From: Mobula hypostoma
Lineage: Eukaryota
Assembly: GCF_963921235.1 (NCBI RefSeq)
Contig: NC_086108.1
Location: 35,714,001-35,778,000 of the forward strand
Direction of reading: 5' to 3'
DNA: 64,000 nucleotides
The notes beneath the pieces were generated by a model that saw only the letters and a program-made list of their open reading frames with translations, did not search any database and had not been told where the DNA came from. Within the stretch, counting starts at the first letter, position 1. The number at the start of each line of letters is the position of its first letter. A program made the position numbers and the translations under genes. Positions 1-11,692 of this stretch are shown one piece after another.

Positions 1-309
1 ATTTCCCATCCATACCCTGATAGGCTTCCCATCCATACTCTGACAGATTTCCCATCCATACCCTGATAGGCTTCCCATCCATACTCTGACAGATTTCCCA
101 TCCATACCCTGATAGGCTTCCCATCCATACTCTGACAGATTTCCCATCCATACCCTGATAGGCTTCCCATCCATACTCTGACAGATTTCCCATCCATACC
201 CTGATAGGCTTCCCATCCATACTCTGACAGATTTCCCATCCATACCCTGATAGGCTTCCCATCCATGCTCTGACAGATTTCCCATCCATGCCCTGACAGG
301 CTTCCCATC
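1..309. repeat. Minisatellite, 46-bp period built from two related 23-bp subunits; truncated by window start
   Basis: atttcccatccataccctgatag / gcttcccatccatactctgacag alternate for about 6.5 periods, degenerating near 270-309. Confidence 0.95.
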
Positions 310-1459
310 TCCCTTCATTCTGCCACTGTGCACCTTGTTCTCTCATAGGGGCCAATTTAGAACCCTGTTTCCCCTTATCCTCCTTAGTAACTTTTCCCTT
401 ACTTCCTTTTCCCAACTTGTATCATCCCTCTGAGGACTCATGCTACAGTGTGTGTGGGATCAGTGGGATCAAACACTTCACGCACCCTTCTGCTCTCCTA
501 GGTATTGTGCAACACCGCAGTCCTCAGGCAGTTATCACCCAGCTGTTCAGTCAAGTTCCGCCTATCCAAAATAGAACTGTAAACACTGGTGAAAACCGAC
601 TACAACCTTGTTGCAAGTGCACTGGGGTGTTACCCTTTCTGCCCTCTGCATCTGTGCAGAGCCTCTACTGGGTCACCTCGATCAGTCCCTGCAGCTTCTA
701 ATATAAATCACTCCGGCCTTGTACCTGTTCCTCTGGCAGGGCTGAGTGTAACAAAGAAGTTAGAGACAGAAGGGTGAACTTTGGCTCCTCTGCTTCGTCT
801 AAACCATGAACTATCCTGTGCTGCTGGATGCACTGGAAAAGTTCTGGAGGATCCTCTCCCAGCCCTCGCGTTGGTACAGTATATTCGCAGCTATAGCACT
901 CAACTGAGCCACGTCAAAAAGGGTTGAGTACTGAGTTACAACTGGTCCTCACACCCGAGCCCCCTCCTGGCTCTGGTATCTCCCGAACTCTCTCTATTAC
1001 CACCGGCATTGTTGGGGCAGTGGATGCTGAAGGTTCCATCCCCTCTTGGAGAAGTCCAGAGGGAGATGGGCCAATTTCCCAAAATCCTCACAATTATAGT
1101 GCGCCACCTCACACGCTAAATCACCCCAATCTATATCACCTTCATCATCTGTCCTCACCCCTAATGCATGTATCACTCCTCTCTGAGCTGAGAGTTGACT
1201 TGCAGTTTCTCAATCTGTTTTATACTCTTGGTGTGATCAAGGATGCCTTTCTTTCCTGCTGCCAATTTCTGCACAACGTTCATAGCAGTCTGTAAATTAT
1301 GACACTAACTTTTCCACTTCTCTAATTGCGTATTTGCCTATTTATGATCCTCTTCCCTTTTCTCCTTTTCCCTTATCATATATTCACACCGAGCCTGAAA
1401 CTGAGTCGTGTGTATCAAATTCAGCTGACACTGCTCCCTCAATCTTTTCACTTTCTTCC

Positions 1460-1460
<1 letters not shown>

Positions 1461-1492
<32 letters not shown>
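1461..1492. repeat. (TC)n microsatellite
   Basis: Perfect TC run. Confidence 0.95.
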
Positions 1493-1498
<6 letters not shown>

Positions 1499-2158
1499 TC
1501 TTTTTGTAGCTGCTTGGTAGGACAATCAGGAGAATGGATGGCATGTGGGAGAGAATGGTTATAAGAGAATTAATGGGAGAACTTGATTGCTGGGAGAACC
1601 AGACAAGACTCATTGGTCTGATTATAAATTGTGAGAAATTTACTCCCTACAGAGTTAATCAGTAGATCACACCAATGTGGCTACATTGATTTTCACCAAC
1701 TGACCTCTGCTGTTTCCTCATGATAACACACACACACGTACGTATATACTGTGTGTATATTATATATATACACATACATATAATATATATAACATGAGAG
1801 AGTTTTCAGTGATGTACATGACACTGCTTTCAATCTTTTGAAAAAGTGATTTATATTCTCCTACAATACTTAGATTTTACAAGTTTATAAGTTTCCTGAG
1901 TTTCCTTAAACTTCTCAAAGGAACTTGTGTTGTAGGCACTACATTGATTTCTTGACTCAAGGGAAGTGACACTTGACTGCCTCAAATCAATAAAACCTTC
2001 TGTCATTTCTAACAAGTCTCCAATGGAAAAGCTTCTGGGATACACTCATAATCCATATCTCTCTCCAGCATTTTCTTGCATTTCCTTTCAATAAATTAAG
2101 TTCACTTCATTTATTTCTCCTATCTCTCACAAGATATTTTACCATACCATGGATCCAT

Positions 2159-2234
2159 GGATGGGCTATAAATGTGAGGCCTGATGTTTCAAGCTATGGA
2201 AATGAATGGAAAGCCCCACATTTATAGCCCATCC
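2159..2234. repeat. Short inverted repeat (22-bp arms), possible MITE or RNA hairpin
   Basis: ggatgggctataaatgtgaggc (2159-2180) vs gccccacatttatagcccatcc (2213-2234), one mismatch. Confidence 0.7.
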
Positions 2235-3804
2235 TTAACTGCTCTTCAATAGATGTTGATCTCAATAATCAATGTAAAGTTTTCATTAGCCATTTTTAAT
2301 GGTGTATTTTTTTTGTTGGCTGGTTCAGTAGACTCCAAATCAACTTCAAGACGTTTATTGAATCAGGGACAATATTTGGAGTCTGGTTATTGTCTACATG
2401 CTCAGAAAACCAGATGTTCAGTGCAAAGTCCTTCTAAAACTTCTCTTCTCAGTACAATTAATATACACCCTGTTTATCTCTATTAGTCCAGTCGTCAAAT
2501 CACATCACCTAAAATACTGTGGTTTCACATCTTTATTTGGACATTTGTCTGTTTCATTTCATCCTTGTGAAGTTTTAGAATGGTATCCTTTTGTGTCTTC
2601 TTAGCTGTCAAGAATATTGTACTGAAAAAAACATCTATTTTAAATGTGTAGATTGTACTTTCTCACGATGTCTGAATTTTTGTATGATAACTTTGGATGG
2701 TGTAATCATATTGAGATAAGGCAAGGGCCCAACGTTTCAATCTCAAAGCATATTAACCACTTAGGATCAGGAATAGTAGCAAAGACTACTAAACAACTTG
2801 ATGATTTGTTCACTTCTGAGCTAGTTCATAATGCCCTTTTCTCAAAATTAATATAATTTCTACCACTATTAAGTGATGCAGAGTGAATAAGCAAAGACTT
2901 ACTTTTCCAGAATCCTCTTATTTAAGTCATAAGCTGCATGCTGCTCTTTGCCTCAATTCTATGTTGTTGGTTTTTGTCAGTAACTGACAGAACAGGTTCA
3001 ATACTATTGCAAGATTCAGCAGTACTTTAACACAGTACTGCACCATGATTTAAGTACTGCAACTTCTTTGGATTGTTTGCTTTCATGATTGCTTCTGCTT
3101 TTCCTTTGACTGTTTGTATCCAGATTTACCCAAGGAATAGTACAGGGATGTTGCTTGAGGTGTTTCTCACAATAGCTTGACTCATAATCTTGTTTCCCGT
3201 CAACCGTCTCCCTTCCACTTTTCCTTCAACATTGAGCTGAGCTAAGATCTGCTCTACTTTACATCTTAGACACATGCAGAAGTATAAATTGCTGTGCAAA
3301 TCATTCTGTATGAATGAGGACTTCATTCCAGTAAGCATGACATTATGTTTACACAGCAGCCTGAATACTTCCATATTCAAAGATTTTTTTCTATTGATTG
3401 TGGCCTTGAATATCTCATTTTTATTACACAGGCAACAATCCATACCTTATAGTATCTTGTCAATTGTACACCTTTAGTCATGAGTTCAACCATGCAGTCA
3501 CTTTGCTGGAATAAAGACCCTTGAATGTACGAATTGCTCAGTGTTGTTGAATTCCTCTAGCTATGTTCAGTTGACCATGCAATGCAATAGTTCTAGTGTG
3601 GTGACAACTTTGGTTCCTGACAACAGTACATGTAAACCTGTAAAGCAGACAGCAGATAAGGTTTGACAACAACTGCTTGGTCAGTGACACAAAATACTCA
3701 GTCTTGCCCACCTTAGACACTACTACCACTGAATCATCATTGACCTGAATTCTCATCATCAAAACCCTGTTCGACTATGGCTTAATTTTAATGTTGCTTA
3801 CCTC

Positions 3805-4700
3805 TTAGCCTTGGATCACCTGGACAACAGCAATACCTACGTCAGGCTGCTGTTCATTGATTACAGCTCAGTGTTTTACAATATCAGCCGCTGAGTACCT
3901 CCCTGTGCAACTGAATCCTTGACTTCTTCATCAGCAGATCACAGTCAGTGTGGATCGAAAATAACATCTCGTTTTCACTGTCAGTCAACCCAAGGATATG
4001 TGCTTAGCCCAGTGATTCTATCTACACCCGTGACTGTGAGGCTATGGACAGCTCATATACCATCTATAAGTTAATCCAGTGACACCACTGTTGGTGGCAG
4101 AACCTCAGCTGGCCATGAAGAAGCACACAGGAATGAGATACTTCAGCTGGTTGAGTGGTGTTGCAACAGCAAACTTGCACTCAACATCAGTAAGGCCCAG
4201 GAACTGACTGTGGTCTTCAGCAAGGGGAAGACACACCAATCCGCATTGGGGGCGTAGCTGTGGAAAACAGCTTCAAGTTCTGGATATCAACATCTCAGAG
4301 GTACTATCATGGGCCCAACTCATTGATGCAAGTATGAAAAAGGCACACCAGACTTCATTAGGAGTTTGTGGAGATTTGATACATTACCAAAGATTCTACA
4401 TATGTACCTTTAAGAGCGTTCTGAATGGTTGCATCAGCACCTGGTGTGCAGGCCCCAATGCACAGGATCGATAAAATCTGTAGAATCAGCCAGCTCCATT
4501 GTGGACATGAGCTTCCATACCGTTGAGGACATCTTCAAAAGGCCGTACCTCAGGAAGGTGGCGTCCATCATTAAGGAACATGCCCTGTTCTCATTGCTAC
4601 AGACAGGGAGGAAGTACAGGAGCCTGAGGATGCTCACTCAGCTTCAGCCCCTCTGTCATCAGATTTCTGAATGATCCATAAACCCATGGACACCACATCT
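3805..4700 (+). mobile_element. Decayed Rex1/Babar LINE, RT and C-terminal fragment
   Basis: Translates DHLDNSNTYVRLLFIDYSS (typical Rex1 RT motif); downstream remnants LVEWCCNSKLALNISK and RKVASIIK...GRKYRSL; many stops and frameshifts. Confidence 0.8.
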
Positions 4701-5350
4701 CTATCTTGCTCTCTTCTTGCACTGCTTACACTCAGTGATCACTTTATTTGGTGCCTGTAAGGTGAGCACGCGAGTGAAATTTCACATGTCAGAAACCCCT
4801 TGGCTGGAGCTGCAAGAACTTACAGTGTCTCACAGCTTGCCATCTACTGTGCATTCAGAGATTCATTGATAGTCTTTATTCCGAGAGTTTGAAGCCAGTA
4901 ATCGGAGTGACCACAGGATGCGCGAGGATGCCACCTTCTCATGGTATTGGGTAGCCCTCCAAAGACATTGCCGAATCTATTGAGTTCCTCCAGCATCTTG
5001 TGCGTGTTACTCAAGAGTTCCTCCAGCAGATTGTTTTGCTACCTCATTAAAATAGTCTTCACCACTCAGCAAACTTACTGCATCCATGTCTAGGAGGTAG
5101 CTGAGTTAGGTACCTACAAAGTGTACAACCAAAATGCTGATCCCTTGGACACCTAGTATCACCAAAATACTTTAGCTCACTCATGCTAGACGAGCATTTC
5201 CTGAATCCTGTGAATGTCTGATTAACTAAACCCAGTTCCAAGAAAAGCCACGTCTGATGTTCTTTTTCTTGAAGCTTTGTCAGCACTGTGTGGCTTTCAG
5301 CTGAAGACACATTTCCATGGAGTCATAGGAGGTGACAAACAGAATTGTTC

Positions 5351-6617
5351 ACATAGAAACATAGAAACATAGAAAATAGGTGCAGGAGTAGGCCATTCGG
5401 CCCTTCGAGCCTGCACCGCCATTTATTATGATCATGGCTGATCCTCCAACTCAGAACCCCGCCCCAGCCTTCCCTCCATACCCCCTGATCCCCGTAGCCA
5501 CAAGGGCCATATCTAACTCCCTCTTAAATATAGCCAATGAACTGGCCTCAACTGTTTCCTGTGGCAGAGAATTCCACAGATTCACCACTCTCTGTGTGAA
5601 GAAGTTTTTCCTAATCTCGGTCCTAAAAGGCTTCCCCTCGATCCTCAAACTGTGACCCCTCGTTCTGGACTTCCCCAACATCGGGAACAATCTTCCTGCA
5701 TCTAGCCTGTCCAATCCCTTTAGGATCTTATACGTTTCAATCAGATCCCCCTTCAATCTTCTAAATTCCAACGAGTACAAGCCCAGTTCATCCAGTTTTT
5801 CTTCATATGAAAGTCCTGCCATCCCAGGAATCAATCTAGTGAACCTTCTTTGTACTCCCTCTAAGGCAAGGATGTCTTTCCTCAGATTAGGGGACCAAAA
5901 CTGCACACAATACTCCAGGTGTGGTCTCACCAAGACCTTGTACAACTGCAGTAGTACCTCCCTGCTCCTCTACTCGAATCCTCTCGCTATAAATGCCAGC
6001 ATACCATTCGCCTTTTTCACCGCCTGCTGTACCTGCATGCCCAATTTCAATGACTGGTGTATAATGACACCCAGGTCTCGTTGCACCTCCCCTTTTCCTA
6101 ATCGGCCACCATTCAGGTAATAATCTGTTTTCCTATTTTTGCCACCATAGTGGATAACTTCACATTTATCCACATTAAATTGCATCTGCCATAAATTTGC
6201 CCACTCACCCAACCTATCCAAGTCACCCTGCATCCTGTTAGCATCCTCCTCACAGCTAACACTGCCACCCAGCTTCGTGTCATCCGCAAACTTGGAGATG
6301 CTGCATTTAATTCCCTCATCCAAGTCATTAATATATATTGTAAACAACTGGGGTCCCAGCACTGAGCCTTGCGGTACCCCACTAGTCACCGCCTGCCATT
6401 CTGAAAAGATCCCGTTGATTTCCACTCTTTGCTTCCTGTCTGCTAACCAATTCTCCACCCACACCTTACCCCCAATACCGTGTGCTTTAAGTTTGCACAC
6501 TAATCTCCTGTGTGGAACCTTGTCAAAAGCCTTTTGAAAATCCAAATATACCACATCCACTGGTTCTCCCCTATCCACTCTACTAGTTACATCCTCAAAA
6601 AATTCTATGAGATTCAT
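5351..6617 (-). mobile_element. Young 5'-truncated CR1 LINE (RT C-terminal half, 3' UTR, (GTTTCTAT)n tail)
   Basis: ORFs 5970-6617 and 5451-5945 are one frame split by a single stop: YLDFQKAFDKVPH, GVPQGSVLGP, KFADDTK, LVRPHLEYCVQFWSP; tail repeat at 5351-5374. Confidence 0.95.
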
Positions 6618-7214
6618 GGTGCAGGTGAAGCATCTTTCAAATGGCTTCCATGCTCCATCATATAGCCAGAAGTCACTGATCTATGAAGGCAGCTGCTGAG
6701 CAAAAAGAAGGGGAAAAACATGGACGTTTAATTACCAAGAGACGGGTCAGGCAGCAGCAGCTGCAGAGTGAAAAGCTCAGTAAAAGAGGGACAGCACGTG
6801 TAATGAAATCCCCAGTGATCTCTTGAGATGCTGGCAATACCCTGCTTATTTACACATTCTCATCAGATCAACACAGCTGCACGTACATCAGCCTGACTTG
6901 TCGACCGCTCTTCTGCACCGCGCTCAAGCCTTTTCACACGCACAACATCCACCTGTTTTGAAGGTGCTGCAGGAAGCCACAGAGCACGACTGTAGAGAGA
7001 CCTCCAGTTTCTCAACGACAACCATTTCCTCTTATCAAAACAAAAATCTTTGCAGGGCCAAGCGTCTAGCAGGTGACTGTGACTTTCTGGTAAAGTTAAC
7101 GCAAATCATTGCAGAATATCGTGCTGTCTGATGTCACTTTAGATGTTTACTTTGTGGAGTGGTATTCAAGTTAGAAGGCCAGCTTATCGTGAATACAGAA
7201 AAATAAAGGGTTAG

Positions 7215-7428
7215 CAGAGACAATGAACTGAAGATGCTGGAAATCTGGAGCAACATACAAGAAGCTGGAGGAACTCGGCAAGTCAGGCAGCATCAATGGA
7301 GAGAAATGGATAGTTGATGTTTGAGGTTGAGACCCATCATTAGGACTGAAGGGTCTCGATTTGAAACATTGACTGCCCATTTCTTCCATAGATACTGCCT
7401 GACCCACTGAGTTCCTCCAGCTTGTTGT
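7215..7428. mobile_element. Miniature palindromic PLE derivative (two inverted 3' termini)
   Basis: Arm 7262-7335 is the reverse complement of 7351-7423; both match the PLE 3' end seen at 14850-14944; degenerate hammerhead on minus strand at 7311-7348. Confidence 0.8.
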
Positions 7429-7487
7429 ACACTGTGTAATGAGTTGATAGGCCAGCTTGATTTATGTAGCATATAAGAATGTTATGT

Positions 7488-7812
7488 GTGGACAGGCGAC
7501 CAAGTGGTTAAGGCATTGGACTAGCGATCTGAAGGTCGTGAGTTTGAGCCCCAGCCGAGGCAATGTGTTGTGTCCTTGAGCAAGGCACTTAACCACACAG
7601 TGCTCTGCGACGACACTGGCTCTGCGACAACACTGGTCCCAAGCTGTATTGGCCCTTGCCCTTCCCTTGGACAACATCGGTGTTGTCGGGAGGGGAGACC
7701 TGCAGCATGGGCAACTGCTGGTCTTCCATACAACCTTGCCTAGGCCTGCACCCTGGAGAGTCAAGACTTTCCAGGCGCAGATCCATGATCTCACAAGACT
7801 AACGGATGCCTT
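7488..7812 (+). mobile_element. tRNA-derived SINE with CORE-like central domain
   Basis: A-box-like gtggttaaggc, B-box-like gagtttgagcc, then gtgtccttgagcaaggcacttaacc resembling the CORE domain. Confidence 0.75.
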
Positions 7813-8831
7813 AAAAATAAGAAGGTCATTAATAAAGCTAATTGGGAAATCAAGGATGGTACACCATGGTGTAAGAAGAACAAGAATGCATTATCACAAA
7901 GAGTAGTTGAGAGAACTAGCATGGACACATTAAATCAGCACACGAAGGACACATTGATAGCGTTGAGTTGCAATGTGGTAAAAATCGCTCTGTTGGTAAC
8001 CACAGTTCTGCTCCTCAGGCCCTTATTCAAGCATCATCATGGCACTGGTGATTTTAAATTCAATCAAATAAATGTGGAATTAAAGCTCGTATCAGATCAT
8101 ATTCTCATTCTATACTACTTTCACCATGACATATTGCTGGCGTATTTGATGACTTCCCCAACCAAGGGCTCATCACGACTATCAGCAAATCCTTAGAGAT
8201 TTTGAAGTCCATCACTGACCCACTGAGAAAAAGAAACTGACTAATTTGGAGCTTCATTCAGATTCTGAATAAAAGGCAGATTCCAGGGAGTCAATGTTGA
8301 AATTACCCCTGAACCCCAGCAAGGGAAGGAATCACTGTCTTGATAAAGGGCCATACCCAAGCATAATCCAAAGTGCCCAATCTCAGTCAGTGCTTGGCTC
8401 TACCAAAAGCCGCAGAAGAAGAATGTTCAGAAAAGAAAGATTAAGGAACACTGAAGTTAGCTTCATGGGAACTAAAATGTTAATGATATCTCAATCTGCA
8501 GATCTGCTGTCATATAGCCTGGCTTTATTTTGTGTTTGCATGCAGTATTTGCTTTGATAATCTTAAGAATTTGGCACCACTCCGCTTTCATGTCTGCTCC
8601 AAAGTGACTGCAGATAGAGTTCCTGGAGGCACTGAAGCAGATAGATATAAAAGATCTTTATCATCATGACAAGCAGGCACTTTATTGGTAGAATCTCTCC
8701 CAAGCTTTTGTACGTCAAGCTTTTATATATCTGAGAACAGAGATAACAGCAGGTAATTCAATACCATTTCAACAGCTGCTAAGACATTGTTTACTGCAAT
8801 ACCACGTTCCTGACAAAAGGTTTCATTACCT

Positions 8832-9617
8832 GTTTGTGGATGGCATTAATCTAGTATTTCTTCAGGATCCCCAAGATCCTTCCAGAAACTGTGGAAATAT
8901 AGGGAAGGCAGACGGTAGCAATGGAAAGGATCATCAGAAAAACCAGGAGACCTAACAACGAGGAGGAAGCCATTGCTACCACCTTTCTTCACTATATTTC
9001 CACAGTTTCTGGAAGAATCACCAGGATCCTGAAGAAATACTGCATTAATAACATCCACAAACCCATTAGGCAGCCCAAATCACAGCTTACGTTGGTCAAA
9101 GGTGACCTGGGAGTCAGGATAGCTGCCATTTACAGAATTCACTGTGAATGCAGAGCAGCGTATATCAGCCAGATGGGACGCATGGTGGAAACCCCCATTA
9201 AGCAGCACAGAAGGTGTATCCGTTTGGGTTACCCGGAGAAATCGGCGATAGCAGAACATTGCATTTGCAATGGTGAAAGGATTGGCTTCAATGACACAAA
9301 ACTGCTGTGCCACGCCAGTGGCTTTTGGGTCTACTTGGTGAAAGAAGCCATTGAAATAAAACCAGAGGAAAATAATTTTAACAAAGACAAAGGTCTCACT
9401 CTAATTAAGAACTGGAATTCGATTGTAAACAAGGTGGGACAGCAGAAACCTGATTGGATGAGAACTAACCAATCAGGAGGGACTGACGATGGGGGTATAA
9501 ATACCACCGGACTAGACATGCCCAGGTACCATCCCTGATGATGAGAGCAGAGTTTGTCATCGAAGCATCAGTTATAATCAATAAGTACCTGGCTGGAAGC
9601 CCGAGAAGTGTTTATTT
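8832..9617 (+). mobile_element. Penelope-like element (Penelope/Poseidon-type endonuclease), 5'-truncated with an inverted 5' segment
   Basis: ORF 8921-9538 contains AIYRIHCECRAAYISQMGR...HRRCIR...SAIAEH...KEAIEI...FNKDKG (GIY-YIG); 8832-8924 is an inverted copy of 8970-9062. Confidence 0.88.
9530..9575 (+). ncRNA. Degenerate hammerhead ribozyme motif in PLE 3' region
   Basis: CTGATGA (9535-9541), imperfect stem II gagagcag/ttgtcatc, GAAG-CATC (decayed GAAA-CGTC). Confidence 0.6.
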
Positions 9618-9655
9618 GTGGCTATAAGTAATTTATTCTTATGCAGAATATAAGT

Positions 9656-10508
9656 TGTGACAAGAATACACATAGGTTACGATGCAGCTGTCCTGTGCTG
9701 GCACCAGTGGAATCAGCAGTTGGTCTGCCACCTGTCTTCAGGAGAGAGAGAGATAAGGAAAACAATGGAGCAGCATTTGGAGATGTTAATGAAGGAAGGA
9801 GAGCTGGCAAAAGCGGCTCCCCCTTTGAACCCTGAACTGTTTGAAGTGATGGACAGGCGATACCCCAGCAGGGGGATAAAAAGGGACAGGTTCGCTAAGG
9901 CAGGACGCACACACGACACCCGAGGTAACAAGACCCTGGAAGCGATGCATCTCTCACAAGTCGGTGGGAAGTACCAGGCCATAGACGCACAGGGTGGAAA
10001 GGCACGATCGGCGGGAACCTGGTGTGTGTCCACCCTTGCCTGGGTGCCAGGTTTACCACAGGGAAACGGTCGTATCTGGAAACGGAGGGGTCACGGTCAG
10101 TGACCTCAGATGACATCACAAAGGACTCGCCCGAAAGCTGACTGCGAAGGTCTGTGTGGAAGCCTTGAATATTCATTCGTTTTTGCTCTCTCTCTCCTTC
10201 CCCCACACTGTCCATCTCCCACGGCAGCGATTACTGCGAACTGAACTGAACTAAATTGAACTGAACCTTGCGTCACTTTGAAACTGGTCATTTACCCCTA
10301 GACAACGATAGGGCTTGATTGATCCTGTTATCTTAATTCTGTGTACATGTATGTTTATCATTGCTGAACTGTTGCATTTATTATCCTTTTGATTAGAGTA
10401 CTGTGTTGCTTGTTTCTTTAATAAAACTTTCTTAGTTCTAGTAATCCAGACTCCAACTGAGTGATCCATTTCTGCTGGTTTGGCAACCCAGTTACGGGGT
10501 ACGTAACA
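9656..10508 (+). mobile_element. Solo LTR (853 bp), probably Gypsy/Ty3
   Basis: TGTGAC...GTAACA termini, 4-bp TSD AAGT at 9652-9655 and 10509-10512, AATAAA at 10420-10425, CpG-richer than flanks. Confidence 0.85.
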
Positions 10509-11500
10509 AAGTCTAATGGGAAATTTATGAGAAGTTTACTCATGGAATAGATAGAATGTGAATTAGTTGCTGCAGGGAGTAGTTGAGAGAAACTATAAAG
10601 AATGGAGAGGGGAGTTAAGGGGAAGGACATATTGATGGTACAGTTAATAGTACTTAAATCACAGGATTAGAAACCAGAGTTTTGGGGCCAGTGGTGTACA
10701 AGCCCAAACGTGACAGCTGAGTAATTATAATTCAAGTCACTGAACAAGTCTAGAACTAAATTTAGTACCGTGAAGCTGTTGGGATTGTCAGAAAACAGCT
10801 ATTTGGTTCAGAAATACCCTCTGGGTGTGGGTGGGGAAAAGGTGCTGATTCTTTGCTGCCTCCTCCTAATAAATGCTGGCATAGTGCCCACAACCTGAGT
10901 ACAGAAAACAAGATGAAGAGGTGAGAGAGTTGACTCATAGACAAAGCTTTTGAACTGAATGGCCTATTCTTATATATGTATACTGGGCACTTGACTACAG
11001 ATAGGTCTGGCTGAAAGGCAAGTGTCCGAGCTGTGTAACTTTTTGACTCAATGATTCTATAAGTTCCAACATCTTCTCACCATTTTTCTGATTGACTACA
11101 GATGTTTTTCTGTCCAGGTTACACCCTACAAAATTGACTGGATGTCAACCTGGAAAATGGGAAATAAGCTAACTATTTCTCAAGACAATTAAAAGCCCTG
11201 CATTCAGCACAAGACCGCCTGCGCTTTCTGAGCCCTGCCCAATAGTTTTCTGAGTGAGCTGGCTTGGCAGCAGCCTCACATTGAGCTATTTCTAGCTTCC
11301 ATGGTGGGGAGGAACATCAGTATACACTGCAAATGTGCCGTTTGAAATAACCAGCAGGCAGAAATCCTTTTTATTCCACAGGGCAGCTCTGAGGGATTAT
11401 AGGATCTTGGCTAGACAAACATCTAATGTTACATTTTTATTATGAGCAGGCATCCTATTTCACATCTCACATAAGAAAATGAAATACTGGTTATGAAAGA

Positions 11501-11692
11501 AGCGCAAGAGATTCTGCAGATGCTGGAAATCCACAGGAACAAACACAAAATGCTGCAGGAAATCTGGCAGCATCTATGGAGGGGAATAAACAGTCAAACT
11601 TTCAGGGTCTCAGCTCAAAGTATCAATTGTTTATTCCTCTCCACTGATGCTGCCTGACCCGCTGATTTTCTCCAGTATTTTTTTTTTGTGTT
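11501..11692. mobile_element. Miniature palindromic PLE derivative
   Basis: ggcagcatctatggaggggaataaacagt vs attgtttattcctctccactgatgctgcc are inverted copies of the PLE 3' terminus. Confidence 0.75.

Noticed and set aside
1..309. CRISPR-like regular repeat
   Set aside because: No unique spacers, eukaryotic context; simple minisatellite
417..1295. Several 60-120-aa ORFs near the window start
   Set aside because: No domain motifs recognised, mostly non-ATG starts; expected by chance
3145..3180. SYCEKHLKQH on the minus strand resembling a TRIM B-box
   Set aside because: The upstream CxxC ligands are absent and the frame is closed by stops; likely coincidence
7488..7560. tRNA gene
   Set aside because: A/B boxes run directly into a SINE body; no complete cloverleaf
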